A stretch of 59,128 bases of DNA, taken from the IMG/VR virus record IMGVR_UViG_3300048554_000481, positions 1 to 59,128 of that record, one strand, 5' to 3'. Made by a program: the position numbers and the translations under genes. Under the pieces are notes generated by a model. The model searched no databases. It had not been told where the DNA came from and saw only the letters and a program-made list of their open reading frames with translations. Source of the stretch: a virus. Its lineage: Duplodnaviria > Caudoviricetes. Positions 1-10,817 of the stretch are shown here, in pieces (position 1 is the stretch's first letter; each line of letters begins with the position of its first letter).

Positions 1-530
1 CGGAAGTCATCGCAGAAGTCCTGTAGTTGGTCACCGCTTAGATAACGCACTAATTCATCAATTAAAATTTTATGTGGCATACTCGGACATTGTTCTCCAC
101 AGTACTCGTCTTGTAGATCATAAAAGCATTCAGCACTATCACCTACTGCTTCAGATCTCATAGGTCGTTTCATATAAAGATCAGGCTTATCTGGACCTTT
201 AGCAAAACCTGTTTCTGGATCAAAACCTGCACCTAAACTTGGATCTGCATTAGGATCGGCTTTTGCAAAACCTGTTTCTGGATCAAAACCTGCGCCTAAA
301 CTTGGATCCATTTCTGGCTTCGGAGGGAAAGTTCTATATGGACCACGATCTTTTAAGTCTCTTGTGTCTACATAATTTATTCCTTTTTTCATGTAATCAG
401 GTACTTGTTGACCAAGAGCTTTCTGCAGATCTATTTTACCCTTACCTCTGTCTTTAAACCGATCATAGTCTACATAACCGCCAGTTTCTTTTAACCCAGC
501 TAATTTTTTCATTCTATCTAAATCGCTCAT
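1..530 (-). CDS. Partial ORF running off the window; probable virion/head-associated protein with an internal repeat
   Basis: Not in the ORF track. ATG at 530 overlaps the stop of 530..1060 (TAATG) and reads MSDLDRMKKLAGLKE...DPSLGAGFDPETGFAK twice, open to the window edge. Confidence 0.75.
   Translation of the reverse strand, partial: MSDLDRMKKLAGLKETGGYVDYDRFKDRGKGKIDLQKALGQQVPDYMKKGINYVDTRDLKDRGPYRTFPPKPEMDPSLGAGFDPETGFAKADPNADPSLGAGFDPETGFAKGPDKPDLYMKRPMRSEAVGDSAECFYDLQDEYCGEQCPSMPHKILIDELVRYLSGDQLQDFCDDF
202..308. repeat. 44-bp direct repeat, 2 copies, 63-bp period, in-frame (DPSLGAGFDPETGFA)
   Basis: gcaaaacctgtttctggatcaaaacctgcRcctaaacttggatc at 202-245 and 265-308. Confidence 0.9.
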
Positions 531-1060
531 TATTCAATTCCTAAATCTTGTTTGTCTGGATTCATCTCATTATCATAATCTGAATCGTATGCACCCTCCA
601 CTTCACTCATGTCAATGTCCATACCGTTAATTGTAATTTTATTAGAATCGAATTCATTAACAAACTGTCTTGGCATTTCGATAGTCACTAACCAAATTGG
701 CTTCTTTAAACGTTTTGGTTTGCGTTTACCATTTTCATCTTCTGGCATTAAATCATCAGGACTGGTAATTTTTATAGGTTCTATGAATGTATCTTTACCA
801 TAGAATACTCTGGCACCATGTTTGATCAACCGCATTGCGGCATCAGGGTCTGGCATTAGTTTGTATGGATACATCAGTGTTACTGTTACCCAATATTTTG
901 TAACTTCTGGTCCGGCAATTACTTCGCCATATTCCCAATTCTTGTAACTGTATATGTTGAGATTATCCAATACTTCTTCAAAATCAATCAGCACATTCAA
1001 GTCACTGCTTGAGTCAACTAGATTATCCAGTGTGTCTTTTAATTCTTCGATCTCTTTCAT
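530..1060 (-). CDS. Hypothetical phage protein
   Basis: 176-aa ORF with a TAAATA late-type promoter immediately upstream (about 1065-1070). Confidence 0.7.
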   Translation of the reverse strand: MKEIEELKDTLDNLVDSSSDLNVLIDFEEVLDNLNIYSYKNWEYGEVIAGPEVTKYWVTVTLMYPYKLMPDPDAAMRLIKHGARVFYGKDTFIEPIKITSPDDLMPEDENGKRKPKRLKKPIWLVTIEMPRQFVNEFDSNKITINGMDIDMSEVEGAYDSDYDNEMNPDKQDLGIE

Positions 1061-1140
1061 GCTAGTATTTAGTCCTTTCCGATAAGTACTTATGTAGACA
1101 ACGTTGGGCTCGCAGACAACTTAATGGAGTTTACAACCGA

Positions 1141-1863
1141 ATGGCAAAAAGAGCAAGACAAAACAAACCGAAAGGTTCATTTAACGAGATGGTGATTGAA
1201 CTGCAAGATTATCGCAGAAAGAAACTACAAATAATCCCTCGAAACGTGCATCAAGAAGATTATCTTGAAATGCTACAAGATCCCAGCAGACATGTAATAT
1301 TTGCAACCGGCCCAGCTGGTACAGGTAAAACTATGATGGCTGTTCAAATGGGTATCAGAAGTTTAGAGGAAGGTACTGTAGACCGTATCGTAATTACAAG
1401 ACCCGCGGTGAGCGTTGACGAACAACATGGTTTCTTACCCGGTGACCTCAAAGCTAAAATGGCTCCCTGGACACAACCAATATTTGACTTCTTAGAAGAA
1501 CACTATAAACCCAAACAAGTGGAACAAATGATTATTGACAAAACTATTGAAATCAGCCCACTTGCATATATGAGAGGTAGAACATTTAAAAAATCTTGGA
1601 TAATTGCAGATGAAATGCAAAATGCAACACAAGAGCAAACTAAAATGTTACTTACTCGTATTGGCGAAGGTAGTAAAATAGTTGCTACAGGAGACCTTGC
1701 TCAACATGATAGGGGGTATGATAATAACGGGCTAAAAGATTTTTTAGCTAAATTCGCAAATACAGAATACAATACAATAGGACATGTACACTTTAACAAA
1801 AAGGATGTCGAAAGACACCCTGTTGTTATTGATGTATTAAAAATCTACGACGAAGCTAGTTAA
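1141..1863 (+). CDS. phoH: PhoH-family ATPase
   Basis: GPAGTGKT, ITRPAV, GFLPG, PLAYMRGRTF, DEMQN, GDLAQHD, DVERHP motifs. Confidence 0.95.
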   Translation: MAKRARQNKPKGSFNEMVIELQDYRRKKLQIIPRNVHQEDYLEMLQDPSRHVIFATGPAGTGKTMMAVQMGIRSLEEGTVDRIVITRPAVSVDEQHGFLPGDLKAKMAPWTQPIFDFLEEHYKPKQVEQMIIDKTIEISPLAYMRGRTFKKSWIIADEMQNATQEQTKMLLTRIGEGSKIVATGDLAQHDRGYDNNGLKDFLAKFANTEYNTIGHVHFNKKDVERHPVVIDVLKIYDEAS

Positions 1864-2431
1864 CGTAATTAACTAATTGAGCCCAGTTGTCTACAACTTT
1901 AACTCTAGCATCGTCAAAATAAGCGTTATGTTGATGCCTTAGCATTATAGCGTTTAATCCGAGATCAGCGCCAAGCTGTGCATTTTCAGGCTTGTCCTCG
2001 ATCCAATACAAATTACTATCTTTGTAAGGTAACAAAGATTGGTCCTTGTCTGCACCCGTATCGATACATTCCACAAACTCAAAAGTACTAGTAGGAAACA
2101 AGTTTGCTAAATTCATTTCTCGCATTTTCTTAGCATAAACATCTTCACTTAAACTGGTAACAGCACCAAACGTATAACCTTTAGCACTAAGTTGTTCCAT
2201 GCCATATACTGCATCTTTGTGTGGACCTAAAAAACCAATCCAAGCACTTTCGTTAAACTCTCTGATTAGTTCTTTAACTTTGGGTTTTTTCATTCCAAAC
2301 CGTTGAGCCATTTCATAACCAAATTCATTTGGATCAGGTTTAAATCCTTTTGTTCCCATCCATTCAATGAATTTGCTTTCCCAATCAAGGAGCACGCCAT
2401 CACAGTCTGTTAGTATTATATTCTTATTCAT
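1856..2431 (-). CDS. HAD-superfamily nucleotidase-like protein
   Basis: ILTDCDGVLLDW motif I and WIEDKPEN motif. Confidence 0.8.
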   Translation of the reverse strand: MNKNIILTDCDGVLLDWESKFIEWMGTKGFKPDPNEFGYEMAQRFGMKKPKVKELIREFNESAWIGFLGPHKDAVYGMEQLSAKGYTFGAVTSLSEDVYAKKMREMNLANLFPTSTFEFVECIDTGADKDQSLLPYKDSNLYWIEDKPENAQLGADLGLNAIMLRHQHNAYFDDARVKVVDNWAQLVNYVN

Positions 2432-2454
2432 AGTTTACTTTCTTTTCTTAACTT

Positions 2455-2491
2455 ATACTAGTACTATACTATAAGATGTCTTACTTGTCAA
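2455..2491 (-). promoter_or_regulatory. Early promoter (TTGACA) with AAGACATCTT spacer palindrome
   Basis: Member of the repeated promoter family; palindrome at 2473-2482. Confidence 0.75.
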
Positions 2492-2894
2492 GCATTAATT
2501 TCCAATTAGACGGTTCTTTTTCAATGTCTATTTTGGTTACTAGTATCTTTCTTATTTCTTTTAATTGAGCTTCTATCTCTGCAATCCGTTTAGATATAGA
2601 TTGTTTTTTCTTTAAATCCTCACAATTATATGTGGGAGGATTTGTCTGAACCACTGTACCTGGTTTTACATTGGGAGAACAGTTTGGTTCTTTGGGCTCT
2701 ACTACTTTGAAGCATTCTTCTGCACCAATGCCTTTTAAGCATAGATCATATGGCATAGCTAGAATATCACAACGACAAGGAACCTTTGTGCCTTCGGGCC
2801 AAGGTAATTCCAATGGATCCTCATGGGCTTGTGCTGATCCCACAACAAATAATAGCATTAACACTGAAAATAATTTAAGCATTTTACTCTCCAA
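2481..2894 (-). CDS. Secreted Cys-rich hypothetical protein
   Basis: Signal-peptide-like N-terminus (..AQA/HED) and several Cys. Confidence 0.55.
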   Translation of the reverse strand: MESKMLKLFSVLMLLFVVGSAQAHEDPLELPWPEGTKVPCRCDILAMPYDLCLKGIGAEECFKVVEPKEPNCSPNVKPGTVVQTNPPTYNCEDLKKKQSISKRIAEIEAQLKEIRKILVTKIDIEKEPSNWKLMLDK

Positions 2895-3344
2895 TTTAAT
2901 GTAAATTTTTAATTGTTTCTTTACTACTGTTTTTATTAGTGTAATTGTTTAGTTGTCTTAACAAAGATGCAACAACACCGCTCCAATAGTTGTCGCCCCA
3001 ACTGCCAGATTCACATCTGTCTCTAGCAGTCATTGCACTATCAATGCGTTTTTCCATTAGTTCAACTGGATGCATGTTGTCCATCCTGTTGCATTTTGTA
3101 ACAGTTATTAATTAACTGCTTTTCATCATCGTTGAAATCTCGTTCCCAACGAGTACCAAATAGTGCATCTAAATCACTGAGCTTGTCAGCTAGACGCATC
3201 AGGCGAACAGCCATGTCATGGTCTTCTTTTATTTTATAAGTTAGGCTCATCATAAACTCAGCTAACGAAGTAGCTTTGTGTTGCTGATCAGTAATTTCAA
3301 AAAAGTTCATAGCCATTGGCAACTCCTGTTGTTTAATGTTAAGT

Positions 3345-3376
3345 GTTATAGTAACATAAGATATCTTACTTGTCAA
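3345..3376 (-). promoter_or_regulatory. Early promoter with AAGATATCTT spacer palindrome
   Basis: TTGACA at 3376-3371, perfect palindrome at 3358-3367, TATAAC -10. Confidence 0.75.
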
Positions 3377-3746
3377 CCTTTTTATCTATTATAGTTAACA
3401 CATATCTTAATTCACTAATTAGACGCAAGTACCATTCTTTATCCATTTTGTCATGGGCCTTGCGTCTATCTTCAATTAGTTGTTTAATCCTAATTTCAAT
3501 ATACTCACGAGTGTCTGGTTTACGACCTCTTCTCATTAGTGAATAGTTGCTGAGTCTTCAGTGATATTCATACCATATACTTGAGATAGTATTTGTACGA
3601 TTTCTTCAGGAACAAAACCAAGTTCATTTTCGTCTGCTCCCTCTGGCATATACATGCCTTTTAATTCGCCTTTAGAACTTATAATTAATCCAAAATCTGT
3701 ATCGTCCAGGCTGTCTTCGAAACTTACTTTTTTCTTAGTCATTTGA

Positions 3747-4019
3747 TTAACCTTTCTTATTTGGGATTAAATCACTCCATTTTATTAATTTAGATTTTTT
3801 TACACTACTGCGTTTTGTGATGTCGTCCCATGTTAGATAACCATGTTGCACCATCAGATCCAACATGCAATATACGTCTCCTGCTTCTTCAAGCAGTTTG
3901 GCATTCCATTCATCATCAACTTGGGCCTTGCGTAGTATCTTCATGCAAACCTGTACAAGTTCGCCACATTCCTCTGCGGTTATGGCGAACAACTGTTGAT
4001 GGGTATCAAGCGTCTTCAT
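3747..4019 (-). CDS. MazG-like NTP pyrophosphohydrolase (short form)
   Basis: AEECGELVQ..K and LLEEAGDV motifs. Confidence 0.8.
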   Translation of the reverse strand: MKTLDTHQQLFAITAEECGELVQVCMKILRKAQVDDEWNAKLLEEAGDVYCMLDLMVQHGYLTWDDITKRSSVKKSKLIKWSDLIPNKKG

Positions 4020-4025
4020 AATTAC

Positions 4026-4319
4026 TTATGCCGCCACTTTGCCAATTATCATACTAGCCGGAACTCTGGTAACCGTTCTACCAAATGGTGTAGCACCTGT
4101 GTCCTGAACCTCTACAGTCTTTTGATTCATCTTAACAATAGTACCAACACGAACAACTCCACGTGATTCCCATTCAACGGTATCGCCTTTTTTAAGACCA
4201 CGTTTTGCTTTAGCACCGATATAATTCATTTGCAATTTCCAAACATTTGCCAACTCGTTCAAATCAGCTTGATTATCAATATCTCGCATTGCGGCGATTG
4301 CAGTTTCAAGTTTTGTCAT
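4026..4319 (-). CDS. Hypothetical early protein, SH3/KOW-like
   Basis: LKKGDTVEW..GTIVKMNQKTVEV. Confidence 0.55.
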   Translation of the reverse strand: MTKLETAIAAMRDIDNQADLNELANVWKLQMNYIGAKAKRGLKKGDTVEWESRGVVRVGTIVKMNQKTVEVQDTGATPFGRTVTRVPASMIIGKVAA

Positions 4320-5260
4320 ATCAGTCTCCTAATTGATTATTTTTTGACTTACTATATCCCAACTCACTTCTTTGGGGGTTCTCTGTGCATGTTGCACAAT
4401 TCTCATCAACAGTTTCATATCCACGGTGGGATGCATACTGTGTATAATTTCTAATTCCTTCGCTCCATATTTGCGATTATTATGGGCGGCTGTCCAAACA
4501 AATTCTGTAATTATATCTGACAGACTTTTAGTCATTGACCTAATCCTGGAATAAACAAATAAACAATAAAATTAAGTGCAAGTGTCGCTCCAAATATAAT
4601 TACCATTCCGAATATTAGTAATACAACTTCTGGGTCGACACCATTGGGCAGTTTCATTAGTCTGGATCCGATATTGCAGGTAGTGCCCATACCATAAGTG
4701 CGGCGCCCAATGCACCAAAAATAAATGTTAAGTGCCAAGCATTACCTTCGTGTCCTGTAGGGCCGTCAATCGCTCCTACTGCCAAAACCAAACAAACAAG
4801 TCCTAAACAAAATCTAAGCATAATCACTCCAATAATCATTCCACATTTCACCAACACCTTCTTCGATAGTGTCAGTATCCAAGTAGCCAATTAAATTTTC
4901 TCTTTTGAAGATATTAACTGCTTCGCTCATTGCTTCCGAAATATATTCACATTCGCCAATTATGCTAGAGACCTCGTCCCAACATTTTTCTTCTAAATCC
5001 AACATCATATTTTTAACTGCACCCATGTGCTCTACTCCTCTTATTTGTAAACTTCAACGCTGACGAACCAGTATGGATCTGCAGGTATAACCCAATCCAT
5101 ATTCTTAAATGTTTCTCGTTCATCTATTAAAGTTGGACCACTTACATAAACATCTGCACTTGGATCTCCGCCTGTACGCATATCAACGAACTCTTGTGCT
5201 TCTGCTTGTGTTGCAAACTGGTAGTTGTTTTTAGTATGCATTGTCTGTCCTTTTTGTTAA

Positions 5261-5300
5261 CTTATACATATACTATAACACCAAGACGTCATACTGTCAA
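5261..5300 (-). promoter_or_regulatory. Early promoter of the repeated family
   Basis: TTGACAgtATGACGTCTTggtgtTATAGT. Confidence 0.8.
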
Positions 5301-5400
5301 CCTTTTTTAGAATATTAAAATCAGTACAACAACTGGTGTGATACCTAACATACCAATTATTGCACAATGTATTGTTCTCCACAAAGCTACCTGATTCATG

Positions 5401-5739
5401 TTACACCAAGTAGTGTGGGCCAGTCCAAGCAACACTGAACTCTTCAAAAATGTTGCCTCGAGCTTTGTTAGTAGCTGGAGCATTAAAACCAGCGGCTTTT
5501 AAGATATCACCTTTTTTAAACTTAGGACCATCTTCTTTAACAATAAAGCCCCAAACACCGCCGCCTCGGACCAGTTTGATGTACTTCTTGCCTTCTCTAA
5601 CTTCAAAGCTATCTTCAAAATTAGCAAGCTCATTAGCAAAGTAGCTACCTGCTTCTGGTTCACCACGTCCGCCAGCAGTTGCAAATTTAACATAGTCTGC
5701 TTTGGCTTTTTGAATCAATGTGTCTATCTGTGTCTGCAT
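5401..5739 (-). CDS. Conserved T4-like/marine phage early protein
   Basis: GKKYIKLV..VWGFIVKED..FKKGDILKAAGFNAPA..ARGNIF..WTGPHYL pattern. Confidence 0.7.
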   Translation of the reverse strand: MQTQIDTLIQKAKADYVKFATAGGRGEPEAGSYFANELANFEDSFEVREGKKYIKLVRGGGVWGFIVKEDGPKFKKGDILKAAGFNAPATNKARGNIFEEFSVAWTGPHYLV

Positions 5740-5764
5740 TTTTAACTCCTTTGTTTCTCACTTT

Positions 5765-5801
5765 ATATATACATATTAGCACCAAGACGTCATACTGTCA
5801 A
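5765..5801 (-). promoter_or_regulatory. Early promoter of the repeated family
   Basis: TTGACAgtATGACGTCTTggtgcTAATAT. Confidence 0.8.
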
Positions 5802-5949
5802 CCTTTTTCTGCATCTTTTTTGTCTTTTTTTGTGGTTAATCTGCTACAAAATAACACACCATGAACTCTTACCAAAAGCTAATTTTCAGCGATTTCTTGT
5901 AAATAACTTTACGGGTGTACTACATCCGTATACAAAAGGAGATTATACA

Positions 5950-6180
5950 ATGGATATAATCAACAAAGTAAAAGGATGGGCCGGTGCTTTAGCTGAAGTA
6001 GGACTAAGTATCGCCGCTCTTATGATCGTAGTAGAAGTACTAGGACTGGGCAACATACCATTCTTTCCAGAAGTGAGTGTCGTAAGTAACGTGAGCGGTA
6101 TGCTCTCAACACTTGGCGCTGAAGGCCTAATGGGCTTGATTGCTATCTGGGTGCTATACGCAATATGGCAAAGAAAGTAA
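5950..6180 (+). CDS. Small two-helix membrane protein (start likely ATG 5950)
   Basis: AAGGAG SD before MDIINKVKGW, two hydrophobic segments, TAAATA at about 5900. Confidence 0.7.
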   Translation: MDIINKVKGWAGALAEVGLSIAALMIVVEVLGLGNIPFFPEVSVVSNVSGMLSTLGAEGLMGLIAIWVLYAIWQRK

Positions 6181-6215
6181 TCTAAGGACAATAGGTTGAA
6201 AACCACGCTAGGAAA

Positions 6216-6677
6216 TCAGCCAACCTTTTTGTTACTCTTAAAATCCCCCTCAATATAAGTTTTAGCCATATGACACAATACACACAATGTATTGATGTTG
6301 TCTTGTGTGTCTTTGCCACCTTGACTCTTCAAGTGAATATGGTCACCATGCATAACACCTCGCATAGCTCTGTTTCTAATAAACGGATCCTCTACATCAC
6401 CAAATCGCACTTCATCTTTGCGTGGATCATATCCGCATTTACTACAACACCAACCTCTGTAAAATGTGTGCGGACGTTCGGGCTTGCCCATTCCTCCATA
6501 TTCACTACATTCTAATTGGTGTTCTCTACACAATACATTACTGCCCGGGCCGTCAAATACACTTAGCTCGTTGCAACAATCTTCAAGCATACACTGTGGA
6601 GCTCTGCGGTATTGCTCCTTTAATACCGCATTGCTCTTTAGTTTATCCTTATTGGGATCTCTTAGTTTCATTTCCAC
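6216..6677 (-). CDS. Zn-binding HNH endonuclease-like protein
   Basis: CSKCG..HGDHIHLKSQGGKD..NINTLCVLCHMAKT. Confidence 0.85.
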   Translation of the reverse strand: MEMKLRDPNKDKLKSNAVLKEQYRRAPQCMLEDCCNELSVFDGPGSNVLCREHQLECSEYGGMGKPERPHTFYRGWCCSKCGYDPRKDEVRFGDVEDPFIRNRAMRGVMHGDHIHLKSQGGKDTQDNINTLCVLCHMAKTYIEGDFKSNKKVG

Positions 6678-7825
6678 AAGTCCGATGCAATAACAGTATA
6701 ACCATTATTGGGTGTGTACTTGGGTGTTTTAAGATCAGTACTCTGCTTCATTTGTGCAATCAAAAACGGAATACCTGTACGCATCTCTGTACTAAATCCT
6801 TTAAGCCCAAACTCTTCATAGCTTTCTGGATTAGCATGAGCATACCAACGAGTATAACTTAAACGTACCTTATCCCAGAATGTACCGTTCTCACCAAAGT
6901 TTGCTTCAAAGAAATCTTTAGTAAAGGCTACCATTTTAAGCAAGTATTCGTTGTCTACCTTTATACCTTGCTCATAACACAAGTTAAAGTATTCATACAA
7001 CTGCCTTGCTTCTTTAGCACGAACCGAACGTTCTTCATTTAGGTATACCCAGTACTGTGCAAACATTCTAGTTACTTCTGGGTGCTTACGAGTTTTGAGA
7101 CTTTTACTCATCAATGTGTCAGCCAACAATGTAAATGCACCAGGTTCATCTTCGTCACCAAATTTATTATTGGTAGCAAATAAACCTGCTTGTGCAAAGT
7201 AATCATTTTTCTGTGCAGTGTCTACCCATTCTGGATAATCAGCACCATCTACTTTAACACCATATACCTGTTGCTTGTAGATATCAATAAAGTCTAAACT
7301 TTCTTTTGCATCTCCATTAAGCATAATAAAGTTTCTACGGATTTCCAACTTCTGTTTGGAGTTGTACACAACAATCGGAACTGTTGCTCGTGCAGTACGT
7401 TCACCAAATACTTTTGTTAGAATAATAAACAATGCAATAATAGTGTGTTGTCCGTCCCATGCAATGTACTTGCCCGGACGTTGTGGATCTTCATACACTT
7501 GAATTGCCATTACCATACTTTCACTGAAGTATGTTAAGATTTTTAAAATGTGTCGTATGTTAAGTTCACGTTGCATGGTCTCGTCAATTAAGATAGCATC
7601 CATGCTAGCACTCATACCTTGACACAATTTAATATCTAAAAATTCTTTCCAACCACGTTCTGTGGGAGGACTACAGTTGCGTCGACGAAACTCGTCTACT
7701 ACTGCTTCTAATTGTGCTTTGAATTGAGGGGCTTTTGCGATTGCTTTTTCTAATCGCTCTTGCAGTGTTACAAAGTTACTCGTGTTCACTTCGTAAAGAC
7801 TGTTAATCTTTTGTGCGTAGTTCAT
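6668..7825 (-). CDS. ParB/Srx-like N-terminal domain protein (DGQH motif)
   Basis: IDETMQRELN..YIAWDGQHT motif. Confidence 0.65.
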   Translation of the reverse strand: MNYAQKINSLYEVNTSNFVTLQERLEKAIAKAPQFKAQLEAVVDEFRRRNCSPPTERGWKEFLDIKLCQGMSASMDAILIDETMQRELNIRHILKILTYFSESMVMAIQVYEDPQRPGKYIAWDGQHTIIALFIILTKVFGERTARATVPIVVYNSKQKLEIRRNFIMLNGDAKESLDFIDIYKQQVYGVKVDGADYPEWVDTAQKNDYFAQAGLFATNNKFGDEDEPGAFTLLADTLMSKSLKTRKHPEVTRMFAQYWVYLNEERSVRAKEARQLYEYFNLCYEQGIKVDNEYLLKMVAFTKDFFEANFGENGTFWDKVRLSYTRWYAHANPESYEEFGLKGFSTEMRTGIPFLIAQMKQSTDLKTPKYTPNNGYTVIASDLWK

Positions 7826-7920
7826 TTATATTTCCTTTTTAAGCGGACATCCTGTCCATAAAGTTAACGGTCATACTCGACCAATATAGTTAAAATAACA
7901 TATTTGTAGGATATGTCAAC

Positions 7921-8325
7921 CTAATAATGCAATTCAAAATTACCTAATAGTGATTGCAGAATTTCGTCATCTTTGTCACCAAACACATATGCACAAGTAT
8001 CCAGCGGAATAAAATGTGTGGTGTCACCATCTTGCAGTGGGTAAGTAGGATCATGTACAATGCCACTTATAAAGTCACATTCATATGCAATTTCAACAGC
8101 GGTTCGCATTTGACTTTCTGTTACACCTAATACCAACACAGTGCCAAAGCCTTGTGGTGTTTCATCATTCCATGCATGATATAAGTTATCGTTGTGCGAA
8201 GTCTCATTTATAGCAAAAACTTCAGCTACAAATGCATTGCTGGCATGACTAGCTTGTGCCATAGCTTTACCTGGATTCATACTGTCCAAATCAGTTCGCA
8301 TTAGTATATAAAGTACTGGTGTCAT
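7921..8325 (-). CDS. Peptidyl-tRNA hydrolase type 2 (Pth2)-like
   Basis: YILMRTDL.SMNPGKAMAQASHAS signature. Confidence 0.8.
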   Translation of the reverse strand: MTPVLYILMRTDLDSMNPGKAMAQASHASNAFVAEVFAINETSHNDNLYHAWNDETPQGFGTVLVLGVTESQMRTAVEIAYECDFISGIVHDPTYPLQDGDTTHFIPLDTCAYVFGDKDDEILQSLLGNFELHY

Positions 8326-8464
8326 TACATCGCCTTTTTGTAAATCTTATATGCTTGTTCAACTCGCATAATTTCATCCATATGGTTGTCCATAGCATCA
8401 ACTAACCATTCCAATGTTTTGCCGTAAAACTCTGCTCTACGTTCTAAAACTTTAATTGCGGTTT

Positions 8465-8650
8465 TTAATTGCATAATTTTTCCTCTACACTCTTTATGTG
8501 TTTACATTTACGATAAGCTGGACAGTCACATTCAAATCCTCGATCTGTCATCTCAACACTATACTCATCGCCTTTACTGCCCACAACGGGCCAAACAATT
8601 CCTACAAAAGGATGATTTTCAGTATTAATTACTTCGCTTGGGAACGCCAT
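8465..8650 (-). CDS. SWIM-type zinc finger protein
   Basis: GSKGDEYSV..CDCPAYRKCKHI. Confidence 0.75.
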   Translation of the reverse strand: MAFPSEVINTENHPFVGIVWPVVGSKGDEYSVEMTDRGFECDCPAYRKCKHIKSVEEKLCN

Positions 8651-9036
8651 TAAGCCGCCTCTAATTCTAACTTACCAGTTTCAGCATTAGGAACAAGTTC
8701 AACTTTAATGCTCTGTTCTTTAGCGGCATCTAGTATAACTTTTTCCATAGCAGGTTCAACAATCTCTTTAATTCGATCCCAATTACCAGGATAGTAACCG
8801 TTGTTTCCATAATACTCTGGAAGTGGGAGGTCATATTTTTTAAGTTTAAGGACTTTCAACTGTTTGCCTCGGTTACCAAGTCCGTTATTGAATATATCAT
8901 GTACAACATTTTGAGCAGTTCTAAATCGTTCTAAACACCTGTTTTTGTTAATGTTTGGAACTGATCCTTGCAACGGGATCATTTCATTTAAAGCGTCTAC
9001 AACTGTCTCTAAATTATTGTTGGTCCACATACTCAA
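8650..9036 (-). CDS. Hypothetical early phage protein
   Basis: 128-aa ORF downstream of an early promoter; HDIFNNGLGN motif. Confidence 0.55.
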   Translation of the reverse strand: MSMWTNNNLETVVDALNEMIPLQGSVPNINKNRCLERFRTAQNVVHDIFNNGLGNRGKQLKVLKLKKYDLPLPEYYGNNGYYPGNWDRIKEIVEPAMEKVILDAAKEQSIKVELVPNAETGKLELEAA

Positions 9037-9051
9037 CTCCTTGTTTGTTTA

Positions 9052-9092
9052 ACTTATACATACACTATAACACCAAGATGTCTTGTTGTCAA
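9052..9092 (-). promoter_or_regulatory. Early promoter of the repeated family
   Basis: TTGACAacAAGACATCTTggtgtTATAGT. Confidence 0.8.
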
Positions 9093-9200
9093 CCTTTATT
9101 TGCTTGTTTTTCAATTAAATACTCATTAAATTTTCTACCGATCCGCCATTAAATATGTATAGTACTCTTCATGAGTACGTTTGAGTGAGAGTGAACATAA

Positions 9201-9683
9201 ATGATTGATCCAATATCAGCGGTAGCGACAGCGTCAGCGGCTTTCTCTGTGATTAAAAAAGGTTTCCAAATGGGTCGTGATGTTGAGAGCATGGCGGGCG
9301 ATTTGGGCAGATGGATGGGTGCAGTATCAGATATTAAAAAAGCTGATGAGTATAGTAAAAATCCACCACTGTTTAAAAAACTATTCGCAAGTGGAAGTGT
9401 TGAAGAAGAAGCTATGAACGCCTTTATGGCGAAAAAGAAAGCTGAAGATATGCGAGAGGAACTCCGCAACATCATCAGTTTTACCCGAGGACCTAGTGCT
9501 TGGAATGAACTTCTACAGACAGAAGCTAACATTCGTAAAAAGCGGCAAGAAGCAATATATGCTCAGGAAGAGTATAGAAGAAAAGTTATTGAATGGATTG
9601 CTATAGGTTTTGCAATTTTAACAATATTAGGCATGATAGGTTTCTTTGGATATCTGGCATTATCTCATAGAGGCGTGATATAA
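9201..9683 (+). CDS. Conserved phage membrane protein (MIDPISA.. type)
   Basis: Coiled region plus C-terminal TM helix; TAAATA upstream. Confidence 0.65.
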   Translation: MIDPISAVATASAAFSVIKKGFQMGRDVESMAGDLGRWMGAVSDIKKADEYSKNPPLFKKLFASGSVEEEAMNAFMAKKKAEDMREELRNIISFTRGPSAWNELLQTEANIRKKRQEAIYAQEEYRRKVIEWIAIGFAILTILGMIGFFGYLALSHRGVI

Positions 9684-10401
9684 AATATGGGACATGTCTT
9701 CCTACTTGTATTATTAATAGGTGAACAAAAACAACCCAACCCAATGTATTTTGCCAGTATCAATACATGCAACTGGTATGCAAGTAGAATTGTAAAAAGG
9801 TACGGAGGTGTTCCGGCTGAACACAGAGCTACTGCATATTGCAAACCTGTTTATGTAAATAAAGATACTACACTAGTTTATGATTGGTAAAGATTATGAG
9901 CCTAAAACACAGGAATACAAGTTTAACTGATACGTTAGATGAAACTAGTCCATTGATACAAGCATGTAATGGTCCACAACTAATGCTTGCTAGGTTTCAT
10001 GGATTTAGTACCTTTTTTAAAAATAAAAAACGAAACAAGCAAGTACAAGACGATTGGATTCGTGCAAATCCTCACAGAGTAAGTAGACCAAGAGCAAATG
10101 GACAAGCTCTTAATACAGAAATGTCAAAAAACGAATACTACGAACAACAAAATAAAAAGTAGTAAATACCCACTTAATTGGCTTTAGAATTTTGTAAATA
10201 GACGTATGCTTTTTGATTGGAGTAAAAAGATTGAATCTCGACGTATTAATGCAGTTATGGCCTATTGCACTTGCTTTTGTTTCTCTTGTAATAGTATTAG
10301 CCAAAATGTATACAAGAATAGATGTTCTCGAAGAGAAGGTTCGCACCCTCTTTGATTTATATAATAAAAGGTAAATATTAGGGACAGAGGAGTACCCCTA
10401 A

Positions 10402-10599
10402 ATGATAAAAAATCTAAAAGACTTAATCATTGTGGTGCTAGTGGCTGGCGTTCTCGCCCTATTAGGTCTCATAATAGTAGGAGATTATTATGTAGCACTA
10501 CAAGAGAACAGACCAGTTGATGAAAGTGTAATTACACTTATGAAGATGGCACTCACCGGACTAATAGGAATTATTGCAGGCTACATTGGATCACGATAG
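10402..10599 (+). CDS. Small two-TM protein (holin-like topology)
   Basis: Two hydrophobic helices, GAGGAG SD, TAAATA upstream. Confidence 0.5.
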   Translation: MIKNLKDLIIVVLVAGVLALLGLIIVGDYYVALQENRPVDESVITLMKMALTGLIGIIAGYIGSR

Positions 10600-10817
10600 A
10601 TATAAACGTTTATTCGATAAAGTCTATGAGGAAGAATTTGTATGGAAACAAAAACCTCATTGCGATTGGGATAAAACAAAGCTAGCTAAAAGCCTACCGA
10701 TAGATATCTTTTATCAATTATATCCTATCACTGCTACATTGATATGGCGTAACAAACTAGCCACTGTATATAGTGGCTAACTTGTAAAAAACTAGCATTA
10801 AATTGCTACATATTGTG

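Noticed and set aside
202-308. Direct repeat as a mini-CRISPR
   Set aside because: Only two copies with a 63-nt in-frame period and a synonymous difference, so it is a protein repeat.
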